Part shown: positions 1 through 10,210 of the stretch, piece after piece
Layout: every line of letters begins with the position of its first letter
How positions within the stretch are numbered: the stretch's first letter is position 1
Source: Octopus bimaculoides
Taxonomy: Eukaryota
Assembly: GCF_001194135.2 (NCBI RefSeq)
Contig: NC_068992.1
Location: forward strand, 6,508,174 to 6,572,173
Direction: 5' to 3'
Length of the DNA: 64,000 nt
Notes under the pieces: generated by a model
Databases searched by the model: none
The model's input: only the letters and a program-made list of their open reading frames with translations
What the model was told of the DNA's origin: nothing
Translations under genes and position numbers: made by a program

Positions 1-329
1 GGGTCCTCCGTTCATTCGTCTTATATAATGTTGAAGTTTTCTTGGGTACTGCGTTGATTATATATTTATAAATATTTGGTTCATGGGTGTGACAGCATTG
101 GTGTTTCTTTAACTGCTTTTGAGTGGTCATCTTTCTATGGAGATAAGATAGCCAAAGTACCTGAGTGACCCTTGAAGGCAAAACCAACTAACAGGGAAAC
201 GGAAAGAAGAAATCTTAAAATGATCCATACCAATAGGAAGGCGTCAGTTCTGAACTCGAACCTACACCCACAATTTATCATATGAAACATGATTTTCTTT
301 CTTTAAAATGTCTGAATCATGGTTTAAAA

Positions 330-1040
330 AACCCTATGGAATTTAACAGGGATGGTAATCGAACTGAAATATAAAAAGGGTCACTAAAACAATGTTGTTA
401 AGAACAATAAGTCATGAAAATGAAAATTTACAGTTGCAACCACATGCAAGGAAGACGGTAGTAATTTAAACCAATGATAATTTTCAAGATGAAAACGATG
501 CCTCACTGTTGCATATTTTGTTCACGTCAATAAAAATGGGTGGATGGATGAATAAGTATGACATCATAGTGATTTTCAACAATAACGAAATCATTTGTTA
601 CTGGACATAATGATCTGTCACTAAACAGAGCAAAGAATAGCAGCAGCTCAATTATATGTGGTAGATTGGCTACACGTTTACAACCACGTTTTTTTTGTCA
701 GAACACCGTGTTTCGCTTCAAAGACTGTACTTGTGGATATTAGAATGAAATGATAATTAGCGGAAGAATATCGAATTCAAATGATGGCAACATGCGTGGT
801 CCGGAAGCGGATATACTGTGGTCCATTGGCGATAAGGGAAAATTCCTGAAGAGCGAAATATTTGAATTAATGGATACTCCCGAGTATGATATGTTGTGTG
901 AGAATAAAAAGGGAGCAACCCTCTAATCAGATGAATCAACCTTCATCTGATTCGAAAGTTGATAGTTAAGACGATTCAGCGATTTCTGTACCTGAGGATG
1001 TACTTGAAATGTTGTTGATCTGCCTTTTGAAGGACTTGCA
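330..1040 (+). pseudogene. Decayed pogo/Tigger-type (DDE_1, POGK-like) transposase, with frameshifts and stops
   Basis: Manual translation gives ordered motifs in shifting frames: FTVATTCKEDGSNL (427-), PMIIFKMKTMP (471-503), VHVNKNGWMDE* (520-), RLQP, RFKD...GNMRGP, KIPEE, MDTPEYDMLCE and a terminal FEG. These match the recalled pogo DDE_1 order FTV..C.ADG.KL.PMIIFK / V....GWMDE / LQPLD..N.PFK / GN...P / DG.EDD.LWE. No TIRs seen. Confidence 0.75.
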
Positions 1041-1334
1041 TGCATAATGACTACAGTAATAATACTTTTATTAAAACAATAATGTGCATATGTCATTAAA
1101 AATAACAAAATAAATTAACATTATTTGGTGTTTTTAAAGTATGAGTCTTGTTTATTACATATTTTTCTTTGCATATCAGAACCCAATTAATATAATGATG
1201 AAAAGTGATATGGAATTATAATGTAATGAATGGAATTATCAATGCTTTACCGATAATAAAGTAATATATTTATGAAACTCAAAAATAATATGCAGATTGA
1301 AAGTTAATACTATATTGTAAATATGTCTCAATAG

Positions 1335-1428
1335 GTTGCAATTTGCTACATTGCTATGTATCAAAATACAAAATACGTTGCAATTTGCTACATTGCTATG
1401 TATCAACATACAAAATACGTTGCAATTT
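1335..1428. repeat. 42-bp tandem repeat, about 2.2 copies
   Basis: GTTGCAATTTGCTACATTGCTATGTATCAA(A/C)ATACAAAATAC at 1335-1376 and 1377-1418, then a partial third copy. Confidence 0.95.
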
Positions 1429-1981
1429 ACAGCAATATGTGCAGTATTATACAAACTAGTTCAGGTTACATTTTTCAATAGCATTTATGTCTCATGATAT
1501 AGTACATGCTGCAATTAAAGGCCATGTTTACATTCTATAGTATTATAAAGATTGTACTAAACAGCAGTATTTGCAGTTCACATTATAATACAAGTTGCAG
1601 TATGCAATATTACATTTCATCATATATAAGTTGCATCTCAGAGTGTTGTTCACATTTTGTAATGTAACACAGATTTCGGTTTACTGTTACAATTTACACT
1701 TTCTTACAGAATGCACTTTCCAACGATATATTATTTCACAATATGTTATAGGTTGTACTTTATAATATAAATGATGTGATGCAACAATATGATGAAGGTG
1801 ATGTTTGCATTATCTATTTACATTCTAATATGATAGGTTTCAGGAAGCAGCAATCAAAATACATCATGAGATATTTAATAAAATGCACATTTAATCTAAA
1901 AGATCTATGCCAACGTGGTTTGTGCATAACTTGGGAGAGATCAAGAAGCCCTGACATATTATGCACATACACACACGCGTG

Positions 1982-2035
<54 letters not shown>

Positions 2036-2084
2036 CGTGCGTAAGTTTATCCATGTATATTCTACTGCTCTTAATTGTACTTAA

Positions 2085-2477
2085 GTGGAGGCGCAATGGC
2101 CCAGTGGTTAGGGCAGTGGACTCGCGGTCATAGGATCGCGGTTTCGATTCCCAGACCGTGCGTTGTGAGTGTTTATTGAGCGAGAACAACTAAAGCTCCA
2201 CGAGGCTCCGGCAGGGGATGGTGGCGAACCCTGCTGCACTCTTTCACCACAACTTTCTCTCACTCTTTCTTTCTGTTTCTATTGTGCCTGTAATTCAAAG
2301 GGTCAGCCTTGTCACACTGTGTCACACTGAATATCCCCGAGAACTACGTTAAGGGTACACGTGTCTGTGGAGTGCTCAGCCACTTGCACGTTAATTTCAC
2401 GAGCAGGCTGTTGCGTTGATCGGATCAACTGGAACCCTCGTCGTCGTAAGCGACGGAGTGCCAACAACAACAACAAC
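2085..2477 (+). mobile_element. tRNA-derived SINE, family A (octopus OR-like by recollection), full length
   Basis: A box TGGCCCAGTGG, B box GGTTTCGATTCCC, (CAA)n tail and a 12-bp TSD AATTGTACTTAA (2073-2084 / 2478-2489). Near-identical to copies at 32973 and 57264. Confidence 0.92.
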
Positions 2478-3349
2478 AATTGTACTTAAAACCACATAGA
2501 GTTGGCTATGAGTAGGAGCTTCTGCAAATATATTCTAACAGTATCAAATTTGTAACCTCGAAAGATAATGCAGAAGTACCTTCTTTTCACAGTAAAGAAT
2601 GATTCGGTATCATTTGATGATAAAATCACTCAAGGTATTAACACATTATTTTCAGTTTCATTTTAAACTGATCTGTGACGTGTTATCATTCTTTTCTCTA
2701 GTAACAGCTATCTCGAATATTTTGTGGATTTTGCTGTCGTCTCAACTAAGCTTTCTTAAGTGTCTATTTTAATCGTTTGAGATGATGATGGCATCATTAA
2801 CCAACCTTATAATTGGTGTCTCACCAATCAGACTTGTTTTAAATCCCCTCACGGCTTCTCCAGTATTTCTTCCATTTTCGTTGCATTTTTTTAAAAATAT
2901 GTTAATATGATTCATTATATTTTAGATCTACCTTCTATGCATTAGTTTTTGTTTTTGGAAATCTTGCTATGCTTCCCTGGAAGATGAACTGTTTTGCTTT
3001 CTAAGTTATGTGTCTTGGAAAATGACAACAATAATTTTATCCATAATAATTTTGAAATAGCATATTTTTATATTCCTGAAACGATCGAAAGGAAACAAAA
3101 CACCAACACCACGCGATTTTTGTAAGAAAAACAAGTAAATATATCAAGGAAGATAAATTTAATTCCTTTTCATTATACTAACAAAAGAATATAAGAATAT
3201 CCCTTTATTTCAGCATGACTAAATAACCTGTTTAAAGCGATTGGAACCGGTAGCATATTTTCATTAAAGGGTATGTAATTTCTTATTTTTATCTATGATA
3301 AAGGTTTCAAAGCATTTTCTTCAATTTGTTTTTTAACACACATACACAT

Positions 3350-3407
<58 letters not shown>

Positions 3408-4068
3408 CAATAGCGCCAATACTATAAACAAGCATGTACATACATGTACACGCATAAATATGAGTGTGTGCGTATTTTATTTGAGTATAGTTGTTTTACT
3501 TTTATATAATATTTTTTATCAATTTTGTTCTAGTATTCTTTGTTCATAGTTCAGTTCAATTTGTTTTTGATCGATAAAGTTCGATTATCTGTCAGCAACG
3601 TTTGTAGACCTTCAAAACCTTAACTTCTGAATGAATTGATGTAGATACCTCATTCTCTTAGGTAGTTGCTAATGTGATAGAGGCAGACATCATCGCACGA
3701 ACTTGAAATATTTACCTTTAGAGTTATACGCTACCAGTCAGCTGTTTATTTTTACATGCGACTAGGGCATGCTTTCTTTGTATTTATTTTGGCATCTCTA
3801 TAGTATGAGCATTTCTTCCATCATTAATTGTTTATTTACTTATTTTTTTATATTGAATAGATTATTCAGTTTGCTTTTGTATTGTGTGGGATAGTGTATT
3901 CCAGTGGATCATTGTGTTAAGTGCGGTTTGTGCATAAGAGTCTGTGGAAGAATATCTTAATTGTATAGCAAGATGATCTCCCATTAACCGTAGTGGTACA
4001 AGGTCACGCATTTTGTAGGGAGGACAGAATTAACTTTTCCTTCTTATTAAAAGAGCAGTATCTTCTAA

Positions 4069-4492
4069 GTGCAGGCGTGGACGTGTGGTAAGAAGCTTGC
4101 TTCCCAACCACATGGTTTCAGATTCAGCCCCACTGCGTGGTACTTTGTACAAGTGTCTTCAACTGCTTAGACCGACCACAGCTTTGTGAGTGAATTTAGT
4201 GGAAGGAAACTAAAAGAAGCCCATTGAAAGTGTGTGTGTGTGTGTGTGTGTGCGTGTGTACCTTTTTGTGTCTGTGTTTGTCCCCTACTTCCGTTTGACA
4301 ACCGGCTTTGGTGTGCTTACGTCCCCGTAACATAGCGGATTGGCAAAACAGAACGACAGAATAAGTACAAGGCTTCAAAACAAAAACAAAAAAGGAGTTC
4401 TGGTATCGATTTATTCGACTAAAACCCTTGAAGGCGCATGAACCAGCATGGCCGTAGTCATACGATTGAAACAATTAAAAGGTAAAAGATAA
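4069..4492 (+). mobile_element. SINE family B (internal microsatellite), full length, diverged
   Basis: Head GGCGTGG..GTGTGGTAAGAAGCTTGCTTCCCAACCACATGG, internal (TG)n, 3' part CCAGCATGGCCG..GAAACAA with AAAAG-type tail. Homologous to copies at 35040 and 60981. Confidence 0.85.
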
Positions 4493-5011
4493 AATATATC
4501 TTTTGGCCCCTTTTGTACTTCGAATAAGTTGAGTAGTTCCTGAGGGCTAAATGAACTTCTGGCCTTGATGAGCAAAGCCAAATTTGGGATTCAGTCTTTA
4601 TGTGATGCTGTTAAGAATGATCATAAATGATTTTGATGACATCATGCTGCTAAATATTGATTCCCAATATTAGTACAAGGCCACTCATTTGGTGAGGACG
4701 GGGATGTAAGCGATTAAATCGATTCCAGTACTGATTTTAGTTTGATACTCACTTTATTGATCAGATTTGTGCGAATCGCTAAATTACTGAAGATAAAACG
4801 ACACTGATATTTTATTTTATCATTCTAGGAATGATGAAAGTGAAGTTGACCTCAATGGGAAAGGAATCTAAGGTGAGCAGAAATAAAGTCGCATGAAAAA
4901 ATATATATTTAAGGAAAAAAATGACAATTTTTGCAAGAAAAAAATGTCACAAGAAAGTCATATTTCATTTAAATATCATAGATAGTTGCGAAAAATAAAC
5001 AAATAATATTG

Positions 5012-5216
5012 AATTCAAATTTTGGAACACGGCCAGCAATATCAAGTGCTGGGATAAGTCAATTATACCGACCTCAGTAATCAACTGGATGGTACATATT
5101 TTATTTACCCCGAAAGGTGAAGTTGAACTCGGTGGAATTTGAACTCAGAACGGACAGACCAAATGCCGCTAAGCGATTTGGCCAGCGTGCTAACGACTCT
5201 GCCAATTCACCGCCTT
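5012..5216 (-). mobile_element. SINE family C (hairpin head plus conserved core), diverged
   Basis: Reverse complement has GGCGGTGAATTGGCAGAGTCGTTAGCACGC, B box GAGTTCAAATTCC and core remnants. Confidence 0.8.
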
Positions 5217-6860
5217 AATTAAACAAGTAATATTATAAACCGTTTATGAAATAACAATACGTGTTGTGTACATAATACCATAGTCTTTATAATGGCATTA
5301 CATGTATATAAAAAATAATTATACTTTATTCAGTTTCTTAAGTAAAACGTACAAAGCAAAAATCATTAAGCCAGCCATTTGTTTTCTTCTGATTTTTTTC
5401 CGCCTTGTATTCGAACATAACACTAGAAAACATTAATGTAGATTTAGGATAGGCTTGGACAGGAAATCGTAAACAGCAACATATTAACTACTCAAATACC
5501 TTGCACCGTTATTCAAAATCATTTTACATTTCCACTTACAAGCAAATATTGGAGCAACAGGAACCAACAAATGAGTTTCTAGGTAAGAAATAGCAGACAA
5601 ATAGCCCTCCAGTTATGCTCTATTCTTCTAAATACTGATGGATATCTCGAGCAACACAGATGCTGATATGGTAAAAAGATGGGTGTCTACTGTTGAACTC
5701 GATGCAAGACAACAGCAGCAACAACAAAAAGAGGGGGATGTTCATACAGACTAGAAATGGTAGCCAAATCACCCTCAAAATAGACTGTACCCGCTACAAA
5801 GAGGAAATGAAACAGATCAAATAACTCCAAGCTACACTAACCGTAGCCATTCTGCATTTCTACGCAGAATGGTAATGGCTGTCACTGTCTGTGATGAGAG
5901 GTCCGCCTCATTAGGGCTTTATTTTTCATTAAACAACAACAATAACGATAACAACGCAACAACAATAACACCAGCAACAACAACAACAACAAAAAGTCTC
6001 TATTTAGAAGCTCCTTTGCTGCTTTCAATCCCAACTGAGAGCCATTGCCGAAAGCAAAGAGAATATATTGCCGCAGTCCGGCTGTATTTATGCCACCGTT
6101 TTCACATACGCAGTGTATCGTCCTTTGTTGTCGTTGTTGTTATTATTGTTTCGTCTTTTTCCCATGCATAGAGAACTAGAACAAAACTATTCAATACACT
6201 GTTGCTTAGTTTTAACGTTAGGACAGTCATGATAAAGCAGACACCGTGACCATTTCGTCTTTCTCCAGATATAATGCATGTAGATCTACGTTATGTAATG
6301 TGTCCTTGTTTGTTGCTTCTTCACAAGTCAGATCTGATTGATCAGGGTCTTTTAGGTATGACCTTCCCGTTTTTCCTTCCCTACCTCTCAGACTTTATCT
6401 AGCACTTCAAACCATTTTCGTTCCTTGTTAAGTAGCCAAAAGTCAGCACTGCTCAAACGGATCTCTAACCAAAATTATTCTAACTTCGAAAACCCAGTTA
6501 TTGCTTTCCAGACATAAAGTGTCTTGGATTGCATAGTAGGGTGCAATTTGAAGAAGATTTGGCAACTACACTGCACAGGTTTAACGAGTAAGCAGATATT
6601 CCAATATTCGAGCATTAAATAATAATTGATTATATTCGTCCAAATCAACAAATACTTGGGAAGAAGTATTATAATCAATCTAATCGATTATCAATACTTA
6701 ATTGGTCGATATTTTAACAACACCGCAAGGGCAACGTTCAAATTTTCACTTGAACATGATTTGTTAAAATTAGAAGGTAAAGGGACATAACTTCATTTAG
6801 CAAGCTATGTTAGTTCGGTAATCTATCGCTTCCATCATTATCGTTCGTCTTGTCGTTATT

Positions 6861-6934
6861 GTTTAGACCCATGTTAACTGTAAATGAGCAGACCTATAAC
6901 CAAAGGCATTCTAGCTGTGACCAGCTCATCTTTT
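6861..6934 (+). mobile_element. Old dispersed repeat fragment, family D
   Basis: Degenerate GAGCAGACCTATGATCAAAGGCATTCCAGCCGTGACCATC motif. Related pieces near 6240-6400 (-), 10555-10595 (-), 36355-36430, 44203-44260, 57050-57105 and 59735-59780 (-). Confidence 0.6.
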
Positions 6935-7461
6935 ATTCAGATATTGTATTTAAGACAGTATTAGTAAATGTGTTTACACCAAGAGGCATTTGCACTAGTT
7001 CGTACAAATACTGTTGGTGGAACCAGCGCTGGAAACATCGGTGATGTTGATGCTATTGCTGCTATTTTGGCTCTATAGTCCAAGGCCTTCTCCAAGTGAT
7101 CTGTGATAAAAAAAAAATGCTCCAGCTTTTGAACCTATTTCCTGTGTTTTAGGCCTCTTACCCCTTTTCAAAGACGAAGAGTGAGTGTTCAGAACCGTCT
7201 CACCGTTCTCTCCTCCTTATTGGCACGTACTACGACAGCCATTGATGTTTCTGCTTCATTAACGCACCAATCCCCATTGTGGAATTGCAGTAATTATACG
7301 AGACTAGAAAGACAGCCAACAACTGACGAAGGGTCGTTCTTTATGTTTGTTTTGTTTTCCAGTTGTGTCTTTCGTTGTTCGAAAGAATAGTTCATGTTCC
7401 ATGTACTCGTGCTTCGTACTTTTTTATTGCACACGTTTCATGACGTCCTGTGCCCACATGT

Positions 7462-7534
<73 letters not shown>

Positions 7535-7693
7535 NNNNNNNNNNNNNNNNNNNNNNNNNNNNNNNNNNNNNNNNNNNNNNNNNNNNNNNNNNNNNNNNNN
7601 NNNNNNNNNNNNNNNNNNNNNNNNNNNNNNNNNNNNNNNNNNNNNNNNNNNNNNNNNNNNNNNNNNNNNNNNNNNNNNNNNNNNNNNNNNNNN

Positions 7694-7727
<34 letters not shown>

Positions 7728-7793
7728 CGTATATATAAGTATGTACAAGATGTATGTACATATACGTATGTATATATGCATATGCATATATAC

Positions 7794-7950
7794 TCTTTTA
7801 TTCTTTTACACTTTTCAGTCATTTGACTGCGGCCATACTGGAGTTTTTTAGTCATAGAAATCGACCCTAGGGCTTATTTTTGTAAGCCTAATACCTAGTC
7901 TATCGGTCACTTTTGCCGAACTGCTAAGTTACAAGGTCATAAACACACCA
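7794..7950 (-). mobile_element. SINE family B, 3' half
   Basis: TTTCAGTCATTTGACTGCGGCCATACTGGAG...TAAGCCTA..CTATCGGTC..TTTTGCCGAACTGCTAAGTTAC is the reverse complement of the family B 3' half. Confidence 0.85.
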
Positions 7951-8459
7951 TTCCCTTCGAAGTTTCATCCCTAATAGTGGTTTGGAACCTGGCTGTTCTT
8001 TCTAGCATGCAAGGAATCTTATGATGGATACCTCTTATGTGTTTAAATGTACACTGCATTTATATGAATAATATATAGTCTATGGACTAAATTTTTACAC
8101 GCTAGGCCACTGGTAGTCGAAATTTCTAATATTTCTTATTACCCTTGATATTATTAATTATTGATAATTTTTTCTGGATAATTTTCGAATTGAAACGCCG
8201 GCATTTTTTATTTACTGCCGACAAGGAGCTGCGCTTGCGTGGTGGATTTGAAAAATTAGAATATATGAGCATGAATCATATACTTGTTGGCCTCGTGTAT
8301 ATATGTTTAATCTGGATGTACCTGCTGAAGAAGACTTCACCTGGCAAATTATTTTATTAGATATTAGATATTCGTAAAATATTAACGCCCGCTCGCGCGC
8401 AGATTCATATACTTTCTTTTACTTTTCTATACATATATATATTTTTTTCCTTTACTTTG

Positions 8460-8825
8460 GCTGTGTACTTCCCAACCATATGAATCCGGGTTCAGTTCCA
8501 TTGCATGGCACCTTGAGCAAGCGTATTGATTTTTTTTATTTTTATTTTTTTTACAATAGCCTCGGGCTGATCAATGACTTGTGAGTGGATTTGGTAGACG
8601 GAAACTGATATACCTAGTGTCTTTGTCTTCATTTCTGTTTTCCCCCCGCCACCGTCTGTTTTGTTTACGACCCCGTAACTTAGGGATTCAGAAAAGGGAT
8701 CAATAGAATAAGTTCCCGGCTTAGAAAATAAGAATTGGAGTATAGGGGTTCGTTCAACTAGAACGCCTATATTACTTATTACATGGCTGCAGTCTAATGA
8801 CTGAAACAATTACAAGATAAAAAAG
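8460..8825 (+). mobile_element. SINE family B, diverged, without an expanded internal microsatellite
   Basis: TTCCCAACCAT..CCGGGTTCAGTTCCA..GGCACCTTGAGCAAG, GTGAGTGGATTTGGTAGACGGAAACTGA, 3' CATGGCTGCAGTCTAATGACTGAAACAA. Confidence 0.8.
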
Positions 8826-8828
8826 TAA

Positions 8829-8989
8829 GGAGCCCTCCGTCGGTTACGACGACGAGGGACCCAGCATGTGAGTGAGCAATCCACAGATAAGTATACCCCT
8901 AACGTAGTTCTTAAGGAGATTCAGCGTGACAGTGTGACAAGGCCGGCCCTTTGAAATACAGGTACTACTCATTTTTGCCAGCTGAGTGA
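8829..8989 (-). mobile_element. SINE fragment A', sharing the 3' half of family A but with a different upstream segment
   Basis: Reverse complement CACTCAGCTGGCAAAAATGAGTAGTACCTGTATTTCAAAGGGCCGGCCTTGTCACACTGTCACGCTGAAT...CCCTCGTCGTCGTAACCGACGGAGGG matches family A from CCTGTA(A/T)TTCAAAGGG onward, with an internal deletion. Confidence 0.8.
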
Positions 8990-9204
8990 TTGTTGTGCGG
9001 CCATGCTGGGGCACCATTATGGATATACGTATATATGTGTATACATATATTGGTATATATCAATGTGTGTATCTGCGCATGAATGTGTGCCTCTATGTAC
9101 GTTTGTGTATACGTGTGTGTGTGTGTACAAGTATGTATGCGTACATGCTTGTATGCTTGCATTGCATGTATATGTGCGTATGTGTGTATATATATAATAA
9201 AATA

Positions 9205-9298
9205 AAATAAATAAATGCGCCCTTTCAAAGCCTAGCTAGGTTCATGGACCCGGTTTCCCGGTTTCAATGGCGGTTTCAATCGCATATGTGTTCCCCAA
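9205..9298 (-). mobile_element. 3' end of another SINE-like repeat with a (TTTA)n tail
   Basis: AAATAAATAAATGCGCCCTTTCAAAGCCTAGCTAGGGTTCATGGACCCGGTTTCCCGGTTTCAATGG. Recognised from recollection of octopus repeats; single copy in this window. Confidence 0.5.
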
Positions 9299-9591
9299 CC
9301 ACAAAGAAAAATAATGGTCTCCAGAAAATATTTTGCAAACGCCATATATATATATATAGCTATTATATGGTTGATAATATTTCCAACGGAGACGTTACAA
9401 CTGTATCTGATTGTTCAAGAACTACTTCAGTTTTGTGTATGTATATATATTTACTCAATTGGTGACATTTATCAATGGTTTTGCTCATTGTGCTGATGCG
9501 CCATCTTCTATCATTAATGCAACTGGCGGCATTTTTGACGACACGGGAATTTTACCAGGAGAGAACCTCATGGACTTGTAGTGCATATAAG

Positions 9592-9886
9592 CACACGTGT
9601 TTATATCGCTGACGGAACCCCCAGATCACATGGTATTCGACCTTCTTTGTCCTTCACAATGACAGATGTCTGGCTAGACCCAGTACTTGATTTCCCCCTT
9701 CAGCAATATATAAAATTCAGACAGTGGTCTTACTAAAATGCAAATATAGCAATAGAAGCACAATTAATACCAAATATTAATGATTATCTCTCACTAAAAA
9801 TAGATGTTGTGTTGAAATCACTTGATCTGGCAGATCCGGCAGCCATGGCGGAGGATTATCACCCGTCAGCGATATAAACAAGTGTG
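9592..9886. mobile_element. Unclassified fold-back/MITE-like element, 24-bp inverted termini
   Basis: CACAC(G/T)TGTTTATATCGCTGACGG at 9592-9615, inverted at 9863-9886 (23/24 identical, 18 bp perfect). No clear TSD. Confidence 0.6.
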
Positions 9887-9974
9887 TTATATTTTACAAT
9901 AATACATACATGCATACATACATACATACATACATACATACATACATAGGAACTTAACAGCCAATTGATCAAAA

Positions 9975-10210
9975 CACAACCGACCAGATATCGTTGTGTT
10001 GGACAACAACGAAAATATATGTTCTTTTGAGGAAATTAATTGTCCTCGTGACACGGAGCAGTAGGATACATACCAAATCATTCGAAGCAATGTATGGCTG
10101 AAGTCGGGATCTTGGGGAGAGAATGCACATTCTTTTTCCATATGCTACAAAAGATCACGATATCTGGGACAATAAAAATCTCCAAAATCTTCTTCAGATT
10201 AGAAGGATGA
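9975..10210 (+). mobile_element. C-terminal restriction-like endonuclease relic of an RLE non-LTR retrotransposon (R4/Dong- or NeSL-like)
   Basis: HNRPDIVVLDNNENICSFEEINCPRD (9975-10052) carries the PD-(D/E) RLE motif; terminal MLQKITISGTIKISKIFFRLEG* at 10142-10210. Confidence 0.75.

Noticed and set aside
2085-2165. tRNA gene-like sequence (also at 32973 and 57264)
   Set aside because: No acceptor stem or Pol III terminator; it continues into a 390-bp SINE body with TSDs.
2540-3830. Stop-riddled ORF-like text on the minus strand with faint resemblance to a Penelope N-terminus
   Set aside because: No diagnostic motif could be aligned by eye; needs BLASTx.
7190-7460. CTGACGAAGGG in a repeat-like segment, considered as a hammerhead
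   Set aside because: No stem II followed by GAAA at a suitable distance.
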